DNA of 64,000 nt, taken from NCBI RefSeq assembly GCF_004010195.1, contig NC_057756.1, forward strand, positions 9,943,330 through 10,007,329, written 5' to 3'. This document shows, piece after piece, positions 41,007-53,938 of the stretch. The notes beneath the pieces are model-generated. The model saw only the letters and a program-made list of their open reading frames with translations, ran no database searches and was not told where the DNA came from. Numbering within the stretch: position 1 is the first letter of the stretch; every line of letters begins with the position of its first letter. This stretch comes from Chiloscyllium plagiosum (Eukaryota). Made by a program: the position numbers and the translations under genes.

Positions 41007-41506
41007 NNNNNNNNNNNNNNNNNNNNNNNNNNNNNNNNNNNNNNNNNNNNNNNNNNNNNNNNNNNNNNNNNNNNNNNNNNNNNNNNNNNNNNNNNNNNNN
41101 NNNNNNNNNNNNNNNNNNNNNNNNNNNNNNNNNNNNNNNNNNNNNNNNNNNNNNNNNNNNNNNNNNNNNNNNNNNNNNNNNNNNNNNNNNNNNNNNNNNN
41201 NNNNNNNNNNNNNNNNNNNNNNNNNNNNNNNNNNNNNNNNNNNNNNNNNNNNNNNNNNNNNNNNNNNNNNNNNNNNNNNNNNNNNNNNNNNNNNNNNNNN
41301 NNNNNNNNNNNNNNNNNNNNNNNNNNNNNNNNNNNNNNNNNNNNNNNNNNNNNNNNNNNNNNNNNNNNNNNNNNNNNNNNNNNNNNNNNNNNNNNNNNNN
41401 NNNNNNNNNNNNNNNNNNNNNNNNNNNNNNNNNNNNNNNNNNNNNNNNNNNNNNNNNNNNNNNNNNNNNNNNNNNNNNNNNNNNNNNNNNNNNNNNNNNN
41501 NNNNNN
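41007..41506. other. Scaffold gap (500 N)
   Basis: Run of N. Confidence 1.
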
Positions 41507-42240
41507 GTAAATTTAAGGAGGAGTTAGGCAGATTTTTAATTACTAATGGGTTGAAGGTTATGGGGAGAAGACAGGAAAATGGAGTTGAGAAGCATATCAG
41601 CCGTGATCAAATGGCGGAGCAGACTTAATGGGCCAAATGGCCTAATTCTGCTCCTATATCTTATGAACGAATGAATTCCTGAAAAAAAAGAGTTAGTTTT
41701 ATGGTGCATTAGTCTAGTGCATTGTAGCCTAGAGAGGCAGGCAGAGCTTCAGTTAAGCATCACATTCTGGACAATTCATCTCTAACTGTGCTGCACTCCC
41801 TCAGTATGGAGTGTCATTCTAGACTTTAGGCTGATGTTTCAGCAATGGGAGTTTTGCCTACACCCTCTGACTTAGAAGACCAATGAATGTTCTCATGTCT
41901 GCCTGTGCTCCCTCACAGAGAGATATCTTCAGGCTAAAACCTGCTTCCTGAATTGAGTGTATTTGAGTGCCCCGTTCAGCCCTTCCATCCTCACATTGAC
42001 ACATTCAGTTAATTGGAGGAGCTTGGGGCTGAGAGTCCACGCCAATGTCAAAACTTGGGGATTACTGTATCAAAACATCTTCAGTCAATTAACTGTAGCA
42101 TTTCACAAATGCAACACACTACTTTGTCAATGGTGATACATGATGGGCAATCAGTACTAACCTTTCCAAAAATACCCATATCACAAACCTTTTAAAAAAT
42201 TGTACTGACATCAATATATACGTGATTCTACGAATTAAAC

Positions 42241-42254
42241 TATTACCTTCTCTT
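42241..42254 (-). pseudogene. Remnant of IFI44-like exon 6 (last 8 nt AAGAGAAG plus gtaata donor) at a deletion junction
   Basis: Reverse complement reads ...ggcttgctgcag|aagagaag|gtaata, fusing sequence equivalent to 21009 with 24443 of the middle contig. Confidence 0.8.
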
Positions 42255-43608
42255 CTGCAGCAAGCCTGAGATGAAGTTGTTGGCCAGGGAATAAGGTGCT
42301 GCGTGGCAGGCAACTGGAATCTCAGAGTCTTTTTGTGGTCAGAACATAGGTGTTCTGCAAAACAGTCACCCAGTCGACACTTCTGTCCCCAGTGTAGAGG
42401 AGACCACATTGCGAGAAGCAAAAGCATCAGACTAGATTAAGTGAAGTGCAGGTAAAGTGCTGCTTCACCTGGAAGATATGTTTGGGTCTTTGCATACTGG
42501 GGAGGGAGGTAAATGGACAGATGTTACACCTTCTGCAGTAGTAGGGAAAGGTGCCATGGGACTGTGGGGTGAGGGTTAGTGGGACTGAAGGGTGTCCCAG
42601 AAGGAACAGTCGCTGTGGAAGGCGGACAGGTAATGGAGGGGAATATGTGGCTATTACTGTTACAAGGATATTACTTGAATGCTAAGAAATTGCAGAACGC
42701 TGCTGTGCAGAAGAACCTTGGTGTCCTTGTGCATGAATTGCAGAAGAATGGTCTGCAGGTACAATAGGAAGTTAGGAAGGCAAATGTAGTTTTGTCCTTC
42801 ATTGCTAAAGGAATTGAGTGTAAAAGCAGGGAGGTTATGTTTCATCTCTATAGGGTGCTAGTGAGGCCACACCTGGAGTACTGCGTGTAGTTTTGGTCTC
42901 CTTTAGAAAGGATGTACTGGCACTCAAAGGGGTGCAGAGGATGTTCACTGGATTGATTCCAGAGTTGAGGGGTTTGGCTTATAAGAAGAGACTGAGTAAA
43001 TAGGCTGGGATTATGTTCATTGGAATTTAGAAGAATGAGTGTGAATCTTATAGAAACATATAAAATTGTGAAGGGAATACATAAGATAGAAGCAGGGAGG
43101 ATGCTTCCACTGGCAGGTGAAACTAGGACAAGAGGGCACAGCCTCAAAATTAGAGGGAGCAGATTTAGGACTGAATGGAGATGAAACTTCTTTACCCGGA
43201 GGTTTGTGAATCTATGAAATTGCCTGCCCAATGAAGTGATTGAGCCTTCCTCACTAAATGTTTTTAATGCTGAGATGAAAATTTTTGAACAGTAAAGGAA
43301 TTAAGAGTTATGGTGAGAGGGTGGGTAAGTGAAGCTGAGGCAAGAGAAAATCAGCCATGATCTTATTGAATAGCAGAGCAGGCTCAAAGGGCCAGATGGC
43401 CTACTCCTGCTATGAGTTCTTATGTTGGGTGGTGGCATCCTGCTGGAGGTGGTGGAAATAGCAGCTAATGATCCTCTGGATGTGGATGCTGGTGAGAAGA
43501 TAGATAAGGACAAGGAGGACCCTATTGTTGTTGTCGAAGGGAAGAGATGGGGTGAATACTGAATGCGGGAGATGGGTCAGACCCATGTCAACAGCGGTGC
43601 TGGGGAAG

Positions 43609-43938
43609 GTTAGATTAGATTACATTAGATTAGATTACATTACAGTGTGGAAACAGGCCCTTCGGCCCAACAAGTCCACACCGACCCGCCGAAGCGAAAC
43701 CCACCCATACCCCTACATTTACCCCTTACCTAACACTACGGGCAATTTAGCATGGCCAATTCACCTGACCCTGCACATCTTTTGGACTGTGGGAGGAAAC
43801 CGGAGCACCCGGAGGAAACCCACGCAGACACGGGGAGAACGTGCAAACTCCACACAGTCAGTCGCCTGAGGCGGGAATTGAACCCGGGTCTCAGGCGCTG
43901 TGAGGCAGCAGTGCTAACCACTGTGCCACCGTGCCACC
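43609..43938 (-). mobile_element. HE1-type SINE, full length
   Basis: A box TGGCACAGTGG, B box GGTTCAATTCC and (TAATC)n tail on the minus strand. Confidence 0.9.
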
Positions 43939-44869
43939 AAGACGATGGATATTTCGGAGACTCCCTTATTGAATCTGTTAGCATCAGAACAGATCTGATA
44001 TAGATGGAGAATCTAGGAGAATGAAATCGAGTCTTTACAGAAAGTAGGGTGTGAGGATATATAGTGAAGGTAACTGTGAGAGTTGGTGGATATAGATGGC
44101 GAACCTATCCCCAGAAATCGAAACAGAGGTGTCAAGGGAGGGGAGGGAGGAGTCAGTGATGGACCAGCTGAAGGGAAGAAGGGCTCATGCCCGAAACATC
44201 GATTCTCCTGCTCCTTGGATGCTGCCTGACCTGCTGCGCTTTTCCAGCAACACATTTTCAGCTCTGATCTCCAGCATCTGCAGTCCTCACTTTCTCCAGG
44301 TGAAGGGAAGAGCAGGGTGGAATTGGAAGCAAAATTGATCAACTTTTCCAATTCTGCATGAGAGGGGGAAAGGGCACCAATTATATCATTGATATACTAG
44401 AGAAAGAGTTGTGCCTGAGGGCAGGAATACAACTGAAACAAGGAATATTCCATCTATCCCACATAGAGATAGGCATAACTGAGACCCATGTGGATATCCA
44501 AGGTACCTGAAGAAAGTGAGAAGAGTTAAAAGAGAAGTTGTTTAGGATGAGGATGAGCTCGGCCAGGCGGAGAAGGTTGATGGTGGATGGGGTCAGTTCA
44601 GGCCTTTTTCCAAGGAAGAAGCAGAGTCCTGATACCATCTTGATTGGGAGTGGAGATGTAAAGGAATTGCACGTCAATGGTGAAGAGGAGACAGATCGAA
44701 CCTGCAAACTGGAAATTCTGGAACTGAAAGCGTCAGAGAAATTGCAAATATAAGTGGGAAGGGAACTGGAGAAGGGCAGAAGAAATCTATTCGAGGTAGG
44801 AAGAAATGGGTTCTGTGGGGCAAGCAGAAACAATTAATCTTTCAAGGGAGTGACTTGTGGATTTTGGGA

Positions 44870-47800
44870 AGGAGGTGGGGCAGTCCAGAACTGGAGGGAA
44901 AAGTTTAGGGTAAGAGGGGAAATATATTAAAGAGACCTAAGGGGCAACTTTTTCACACAGAGGGTGGTATGTATATGGAATGAGCTGCCAGAGAAATGGT
45001 GGAGGCTAGTACAATTGCAACATTTAAAAGGCATCTGGATGGGTATATGAATAGGAAGGGTTTGTATGGATTTGGGCCAGGTACTGGCAGGTGGGACTAG
45101 ATTGGATTGGGATATCTGGTCGGTGTGGACAAGTTGGACTGAAGGGTCTGTTTCCGTGCTATATATCTCGATGACTCTATGAGATTCCCCCTCATCCTTC
45201 TCAACTCAGTCGAGTATAAACCCAGAGTTATCAAACGTTCCTCATATGTTAAGCTTTTCATTTCTGGGACCATTCTCATGAACGTCCTCTGAATCCGTTC
45301 CAGGGCCAATATATCCTTCCTAAGATATGTGGCCCAAAACTGTGCACCGTACTTCAAATGTGGTCTGACTAGGGCCTTATAGACCCTCAGTATTACATCC
45401 TGCTTTTATACTCAAGTCCTCCCAAAATAAATGCATTTTTACACTTGCCTTCCTAACTGCTGACTCAACCTGAAAGTTTACCTTGAAAGAATCCAGGACG
45501 AGAACTCCCAAGTCTCTTTGCACTTCTGAATTTTCTCCCCATTTAGAAAAAAGTCCATGCCTCTATTCTTCCTACCAAAGTGCATGACTTCACACTTTCC
45601 CACGTTCTACTCCATCTGCTATTTCTTTGCCCACTCTCCTAACCTTCTACAGTCTCCCTGCCTCCTCAATGTTATCTGTCCCTCTACCTATCTTCATATT
45701 AATGGCGAACTTAGCCAGAATGCCCTGAATTCCTTTATCTAGACATTTAATGTGTAAAGTGAAAAGTCGTGGTCCCAACACTGAGCCTTGCAGAACACCA
45801 CTTGTCACTGATTGCCATCCTGAGAAGGATCCTTTTATCCTCACTCTCTGCTTCCTGCCAGGAAGCCAAGCTTCTACCCATACTAGCACCTTGCCTCAGT
45901 CAACATGGACCCTTATCTTACACAGCACCCTCCTGTGCAGTATCTTGTCAAAGGCCTTCTTGAAATCCAGGCAGATAACATCCATTGGCTCTCCTTGGTC
46001 TAACTTGCTTGTTACTTCCTCAAAGAACTTTAGCAGATTTGGCAGGCATGACCTCCCCTTGATGTAATCATACTGACTTTGCCCTATTTTACCATACACT
46101 TCAAAGTATTCAGAAATCTCATCCTTCATGATGGATTCCAGGATCTTACCCATTACAGAGTTTAGGCTAATCAGTCTGTAATTTTTTTGTCTTTTGCCTT
46201 ACTCCCTTTTCAAACAGGAGTGTCACATTAGCAATTTTCAAGTCCTCTGGGACCCGCCCTGATTCTAACGATGTGGTAAGATAATTTTTGATGAAAAAGG
46301 TAAATGCCTCTCAAAATACATTTTCATTCTTCAGTGAGGGAGGTGTGGTGTAATATATGGACTTATACAGAAATTTGTAAAATATTACTTATTGTAAGTT
46401 TGGGTTTCTGGTGTTTGAGTTTGTATCCAAACTTTGTACATCTGATTGATGTTAATAATTAACTTAGGTATTTCTGTAGCGATAGTCATTTCTTTTAAAA
46501 CAGTTTAGGGACTGGAGCTTTACAATGGCCTTTATTTGTTTGCTTGGAATATCTGGAACTTATTTGTTTTAAGCTGAAGGGAAACAGCCAGAGCAGAAAG
46601 ATGGACAGTAATGACTGCAGATGTGAAACTTGGAAGGGTTCAGAAAAGATTTACAAGGATGTTGCCAGGTTTGGAGGGTTTGAGCAATAGGGAGAGGCTG
46701 AATAGGCTGGGGTTGTTTTCCCTGGAGCATTGGAGCTGAGGGATGGCCTTATAGAGGTTTGTTTATAAAATCATGAGGGACATGGATAGGGTAAGTAGAC
46801 AAAATCTTTTCCTCGGGGTGGGGGAGTCCAGAACTAAAGGGCATAGGTTTTGGGTGAGAGAAGAAAAATATAAGAGGACCCTAAGGGGAAATGGTTTCAA
46901 GCAGAAGGTGGTGCGTATATGGAATGAGCTGCCAGAGGAAGTAATGAAGGTTGATACAATTGCAGGTTTTAAGAGGCATCTGGATGGTATATGAACAAGA
47001 AGGGTTTAGAGGGATATGAGCCAAGTGCTGGCAGATGGGACTAGATTAGGTTAGGATATTTGGTCAGCATGGACAAGTTGGACCGAAGGGTCTGTTTCCG
47101 TGCTGTACTTCCCTATGGCCCTATGGCTCTATGACTCTTTGCTGGAAGTCAGAGTCAATAGATGTGAAGCTGGAAAGGCACAGCAGATCAGACAGCATCC
47201 AAGGTGCAAGAAAGTCAATGTTTTGGGTCTGGGGATTGGGTGGGGCAAGGGTAGGTGGGATGGTGATAGTTGGATGCATGTAGGGAGTTATTGTGATTGT
47301 TCATTGTGAAGGGTGAAGTGGATAGGTGAGTAGGAGGATGGACAGGTGAGGACAGGTGAGGGAGGTGGTGAGGAGAGAGAGGGCTGGAGAATTCAATACT
47401 GTGGCCATTGGGCTATGAGATCCCCAGGCAAAATATGAGGCGTTGTTCCTTCAATTATCAAGGAAGCAATATTAGGACATTTGGAAAGTCAAAATGCTAT
47501 CCATCAGAGCCGAATGGTTTAATGAAGGGCAAATCATGTTTGATAAGTTGCTGGACTTCTTCAAAGATGCAACAAGTAAAGTAGATCATAGGATGCTGTA
47601 GATGTAACACATCTGGACTTCCTGAAGGTGTTTGATAAGGTGCTGCACAAAAAGTTAATTAACGAGGTTGGATTATACGAGATTAGGAGTAATTTATTAG
47701 CCTGCATCGATGACTGGCTGATGGACAGAAGACTGACAGTTGGGATAAATGGGGTTTCTTCTGGAGGGCAAGATGTAACTAGTGGGGTGCCAGAGGGTTT

Positions 47801-48970
47801 GGTCCTTGGACCCCAGCTATTTACAATCTACATTGATGACTTAGATACAGGGATAGAAGGCTCTACAGCCAAATTTGCGAATGTCACAAAAATAGGCGGG
47901 GTGGCAAATTACAATGAGGAAATAAGAATCTTGCATCCGGATATAGATAGGTTGGGAGAGTGGGCCAAAATATGGCAGATGGAGAATAATGTAGATAAGT
48001 GAGAGATCATGCATTTGGGTTGAGAAAATGGGAAGATGATCTTTTATCTTAATGGGGAGAGACTTCGGGGTGCTCTGGTACAGAGGGATCTAGATGCACT
48101 CATTCATGAGTCATAGAAAACTAGCATGCAGGCACTGCGGATAATATATTTATAGCTAAAGGAATGGAATATAAAGGTAACGAAGCATTGTTGCAACTAT
48201 ACAAGGTATTGGTGAGACTGCACCTGAAGTATTGTGCACAGTTTTGATCGCTACAGCAGACAAGTGGGCACGAAGGCAGGAGTTCCAACAGTTCTATCAG
48301 ATCAACGACCACATACAGATGTGACCTCTGTGACCAGTACTGTCACTCCAGCATTGGTCTCTTCGGTCACAAGCGAAAAGCCAGAACAACGAGGATGCAA
48401 CCCGTGGTCAACCATGACTGAAAGAGGCCTCACTCACTTTGATCCCCTTATTTAAGGAAAGCTGTAGTGGCATAGAAGGCAATTCAGAGGAAGTTCGCAA
48501 AATTGATCCCAGACATGAGAGGTTTGTTGTATGAAGAGAGCTTGAACAATTTAGGCCTATACACTTTGGAATTTAGAACAATGAGGAGATATCACATTGA
48601 GGTTTTCAAGATGATAAAAGGTGTGGATAAAACAGACATGGAGCAGATGCTTCCTCTTGTGAGGCATTCTAGGACGAGAGGTCATAGTCTTAGGATAAGG
48701 AGTAGCAAATTTAAAACAGACTTGAGGAGAAACTATTTCTCCCAAAGAGTTGTGAATCTGTGGAATTTGCTACCCCAAAGTGCAAATGGGACGGTGAGTA
48801 AATTTAAGGAGGAGTTAGACAGATTTTTAATTAGTAACGGTTTGAAGGGATATGGAGAGAAGACAGAAAAATGGGTGTGAGGAGCATATCAGACATGATG
48901 GAGTGGTGGACCAAATGCAATGGGCTCAATGGTCTAATTCTGCTCCTATATCTTATGATCTTATGAACTA
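44870..48970. mobile_element. Cluster of CR1 remnants (+ 44870-45180, - 45180-46270, + 46625-47140, + 47455-48970) with a Penelope-like fragment at ~47140-47455
   Basis: RT and C-terminal CR1 translations in the ORF track. Confidence 0.8.
48250..48437 (+). mobile_element. RTE-clade LINE 3' fragment inserted in CR1
   Basis: YRCDLCDQYCHSSIGLFGHKRK C2H2-like terminus, (CACT)n tail, 7-bp TSD TTTGATC. Confidence 0.7.
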
Positions 48971-49129
48971 GTTTATGTCTGGCTTTGACAGTAGAGGAGG
49001 CCAAGGATGGACATCTCTCCAAGGGAGTGGGAGGGGAAATTGAAATGGATGGCTAACTGAAGTTCAGGTTTGTTGATGCGTGCAGGGCACAGATGCTGCT
49101 TGAATCGATCCCCGAGTCTGCTATCCACC

Positions 49130-52100
49130 CACTTTAAGTTGGCATCAACATCAGTATGTTGAGTCCATGATAGGGCTGGCATAACTGATGTATAACTGAA
49201 TCCAGGGTTTACCCTGTCAGTCCCAACTATGTTGGTACTCTGGGCACTGCCCCACCAATGTGGCTACATTTGTAACTAATCCTGGGCACCAGACATAACT
49301 TCTCACTAACATCTTGATTTTGGACACCCTTGAATGACCCTGCTGGAGTTAAACGAATACCTGATAGTGACCTTTAATCAGACAAGTCACTCTTGCTCCT
49401 CATAATAAAATGCCTGTCCTCTACAGTGATCTGGTCTAACTGAATCTAGAAAGATTTCAGTTCTGATTGCGGTGTACCTTTTGATTCCCCCATCACCACC
49501 AGCTGTTTTAGTTTGCCAGGACCGGATTGTTTGGTGTCCATAGGCTAATATTATCAGCGGTGACCGGAAGGGTGTCCAGAAAATTTAAAACCACAATAGA
49601 CTCTTGGTGTTTCTGCCAGTGGGAGGAGGCTCAAGGCATCCACATTTGTGACTTGGCCTCTCAGGTGGTGTTCCAACTTGTAATTGTTCGCACTTAGAAT
49701 GACAGCTGAATTTGACCTGATGCAATGGACAGCACACCTTGTCCACTTTGATTAGCCCTAGCAGGGGTTTGTGGTCTGTTACTATTATCAATAGAGGTAT
49801 CGGTGGAACTTTCTCACACCAAATGTTCCTTCTACATCGAGATTATCTTCAGTCAGCATCAGCCGAAGTCAAGGACGCATACGCTACTGGGCATTCCTCT
49901 CCATTGGGTCATCTGTGAACCACCATGACCCTGATACTGTATGGGGAGGCATTGCCTGTCAGCACTATAGCTTGCTTGGGATTGTACTGTGCCAGCATCT
50001 TAGATTAGATTACTTAGATTACTTACAGTGTGGAAACAGGCCCTTCGGCCCAACAAGTCCACACCGACCCGCCGAAGCGCAACCCACCCTGACCCATTCC
50101 CTTACATTTACTCCTTCACCTAACATTACGGGCAATTTAGCATGGCCAATTCACCTAACTTGCACATTTTTGGACTGTGGAAGGAAACCAGAGCACCCGG
50201 AGGAAACCCATGCAGACAAGGGGAGAATGTGCAAACTCCACACAATCAGTCGCCTGAGGCGGGTATTGAACCCGGGTCTCTGGCGCTGTGTGGCAGCAGT
50301 GATGACAGTTGCTTCTTCATTTCCCTAAAGGTTATGTCCTGGCGACAAGACCATTCCCACTTTTCCAATAGTCGATGTAAGGATGCCAGAATGGAGGCCA
50401 GGGTAATTATCAATTTTCCATCATAATTCACCATTCCGAGGGAAGACCTAACCTCCGGTACAGACATGGGAGCCAGGGCACCTTTGATCAACCTTACTTT
50501 CTCTTCTGATGGATGTAATCTGGTCTTGTCAATTCTTTAACTAAAGTAGGTCACTTGGGGCACATGGAACACACATTTTTCCTTTTTAAGGTGTATGCCT
50601 GCCTTGAAAAATTTCTGAGGACTATGTTCAGTAAATGCCCTACCCTGTTATGAGCATGTAATCCTGATAAATGGCAACCTGGGTTAGATCTTGTAAAATG
50701 TTCTCCATCGTTCACCGAAAAATGGCACAGGCTGATGATTCCCGAAATGGCAGTCTCAGATATTGGAACAAACCTTTCTGGATATTAGTTGTAGCTTACT
50801 TCTGGAAATCCTCATCTAACTGCAATTTCAGGTACACATGGCTCATGAAGCTTTGTGAAGAACAGCCCACCCTGCTAGCTCTGTGTACAAGTTGTCAGTG
50901 TGAGGGACTGGATATTTATCCAGCTGTGAGAAGCAGTTTACAGTCTGTTTCAAATCCTCACAAAGGTGAACTGACCTGTTAGGCTTCATAATTGGTACGA
51001 CTGGTGCTTCCTATTCCGCAAACTGGATTGGTTTGAGGATTCCTTCACTTTCCGGCCTCCTGATTTCTGCTTGTACATTTGTCCATAAGGCAAATAGCAC
51101 TGAGCAGGCCTTGCAGAATTGCGGAAATGTTTCCTGGGCAATAAGTAAGACACCTTTGATAGTCCCTAGAGCTTCCTGAAAAAAATCTGTGTTTAATTGG
51201 GACTTCTCTCAGGCAGCCATTTTCTAATTGAAAAATGTTGAGCCAATAAAGATGAATCATTCTCAAATAATTTCACCCCATCAGTCTTGGGCCTGAGCCT
51301 TTTACTATAATCAGTGGAAACTGAAGTAGCTGTTACAAATACGCGAATCGAACCAAAGTTGTACCCTTAATCTGTAAAGATTCTCCAGTATAAGTTCTCA
51401 GTCTAGCCAAGGTCTTACCCAAACTTAATGGTTGGAGTTTAGAGTGAAATTTGTTAAAGACTGGTCTTGTGATAAATGACATAGCCAAATCAGTATTGAT
51501 TCCATTAGAACCAGATGACCATTTAACCAAATGTTTGTTTTGATTTTGTTCTGATTTGGATGTTGCTAAGCAATTTAACTGTTCCAAGTTGGCTTTTCAG
51601 GTTGTGCACTTTCCTGAGTATTGGCCTATGAGTTCTTTTACTCAATTCAGGCCTAGTGGGACTCTTTTGCTGTCTCAAGTCTGCATACCAACAGCAAATA
51701 CAATGGTTTGCTGGCCCAGACCCTGAAGAAAATTTTAACCATTTGGCTCAGGCTTGGCTTTGTTTTGGGGTTTTGCTGTGGGCTGACCGAGTGTCCCTCT
51801 GTTCAGGTGATGTCCTGATTGAGGCTATGCAATTGCTTTCACTCAAGTGGTGACCCCCCCCAAACTGGCTGGCCTGGTGAAGGTGTCCACTTCCAGTGAC
51901 ATTCTCTGTAACTCATATGCTCCAGTTGCCGTCTTTTCTAATGACGGGGTCAGTTTCAGTGCCTGTTTGAAGTCCAATTGGGCTTCAGCTCGAAGGGACT
52001 TTTGCATGGTTACATCATTAACTTCACATGCCAACAGTCTCTCAGCATCTCATTCAGGGTTAACCCAAATCACATGCTTATTTCAGTCGTCTAAACCTTA

Positions 52101-52831
52101 TCAAAGATCCCAATAAGGATTCCCCTGGTTCTCAAATTGCCAAGTAAAACCAATAGTGTCTCAGAATTAGAAGAGACTTGAGGCTGTAATATTCCTTAAT
52201 TATGTATGTCATCTCTTGAAAGGTTGTAATATCTGGTGCCTCAGGAAACATTTGGCATGTCAGGAGAATTACTCTTTTTTTTCCCCAACCAAAACAGAAA
52301 ATGCTGGAAAATCTCAGCAGGTCTGGCAGCATCTGTAAGGAGAGAAAAGAGCTGACGTTTCAAGTCTAACTGACCCTTTGTCAAAGCTCCTTGACAAATT
52401 TGCTTTTACTCTGTTTTTTTATCTGCCCTAGTGCTATTTGCCCAGAAAAATAATACTCTTTCCACATATTGGGCCCAGTCTTTGATGGCAGGATTGAACA
52501 AGTCAAGCTTCCCAAACAACAGCATAATGCCAGAAATGCTACCCCCAACTCAAAGACAATTATTGTGAGCCAATTTCTTCAGGAGGGTTTTTTTTCTCGT
52601 TACCACAGAAATAACATAGGCTGATATCCCATCACTAAGTCACCCTTTATTTACATGTAGAGAGTTCTTGAACTGATCCTGCTCCGCACAACCAGCTCTC
52701 AATGAACAGAATCTCTGACACTCCTGTTTATATTTGTCAGGCAGGGCTTCCTGAGTGGATCTGTTAACAGCCCCAATCAGAGTTCTCATATTCTATGAGG
52801 TTGACCTGACTGACCCAGTTATAACCATTAC
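49130..52831 (-). mobile_element. Degenerate Gypsy/Ty3 element (gag-pol, LTR-like at ~52620-52831); HE1 SINE nested at ~49998-50300
   Basis: IIVTDHKPLLG (RNase H), SSLGMVNY, LRTYTGE (protease) and LDFKQALK (gag). Confidence 0.82.
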
Positions 52832-52834
52832 ATC

Positions 52835-53260
52835 TTCCATTCGCAAATGTCCCCAGTCCTTGCCCTCTTCCTGCTCCCCTCAGCCATTCTCCTGTCCTTC
52901 TTGACCTCCTCCAACTTCCTCCCCATCCTTCCATCCTCTCTCCCATTGGCCTCCTTCCACTTTCCCACGGCCTCCACGTGTGTTCCCCCAATCTCATCCC
53001 TGGCTTCCTCCTGCATGAACCCTCCGCCATTGACCTCTTCCCAGTTTACCCCTTCCTTATTGGCCTCCACCCACTCAAACCCTCCCATATCCACCTCCTC
53101 TCGCTTGTCCCCATTAGCCTTGCCCAGCTCTTCCACCACATGATTTTCACTTGTCTCTCCATTTCCATTCCTTTCCCTACCACCTCTCTCAGGCCAATCC
53201 ACTCTGCAGTCTTCTCCCCCTTACATCATCCACAATTCAGCTGTCATTCCCTCTCAAATA
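52835..53260. repeat. C/T-rich low-complexity tract
   Basis: Strong pyrimidine strand bias. Confidence 0.7.
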
Positions 53261-53809
53261 CATGTAACCCTCAAGAAGACAACATCCAGGACAAATCAGC
53301 TTGACTGACAGCACATCCACTCCCTCCACCATTGACACCTAATTGCAGCAATGCAGAAACTTACCAAGAATTCTTAAACAGCACTTTCCAAACCTATAAC
53401 CTTTACCATCTAGAAGAACAACGCAGCAAATAAATGGGAATACCAACCCCTGCAAGATCAAATCCCAGGTCATTCACCATCCTGACTTGGAAAAATATTG
53501 CCATTCCTTTACTGTCACTAGGTCGAAATCCTGGAATTCTCTCCCTATTAGTCTTGGAAATGTACCTACATCCCAAAGAATACAATGGTTCAAGAAGACA
53601 GCTCATTACCCAAGGGCAGTGAGGGAAGGATGATAAATGTGGCCCGAGTTGGCAATGCCTAGTCCTGTAAATGTTTTAAAAATATAGTTCATACCTGATG
53701 TGTAGAGACTAGGCCTCTTAATTATTACACATTTTTCACTCCAATGTTTTTTTTTATTTTAATGAGAATCTTTAAAGTGTCAAAGTGCATACTAATGGAG
53801 GATACTCAC

Positions 53810-53938
53810 ATCGGTTCCTGGTAGTATTCTTCCCTCAAGGATCATATTGAAAACTTGCATTGGATCGTTTTTATTTTCGAGTGCATTCCAACCAGCCAGA
53901 TCCCAAAACCTGAGATAGTTTGACCCACAGTAATTGAG
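53810..53938 (-). CDS. IFI44-like: IFI44-like exon 4 (129 nt; LNYCGSNYLRFWDLAGWNALENKNDPMQVFNMILEGRILPGTD), G3 DxxG
   Basis: Acceptor tgtaacag and donor gtgagt; phase 0/0 with no stops. FWDLAG is a DxxG motif, and ILEGRI corresponds to the IFI44 ILxG motif. Confidence 0.8.

Larger units (their letters stand above)
41507..45490. repeat. Segmental duplicate: inverted copy of ~24443-25213 plus 17922-21009
   Basis: Near-identical paired ORFs (19452..19664+ with 43301..43513-; 18584..19027+ with 44381..44833-) and shared non-TE intron sequence. Confidence 0.9.

Noticed and set aside
52764..53304. Overlapping ORFs on both strands
   Set aside because: Low-complexity C/T-rich tract depleted of stop codons.
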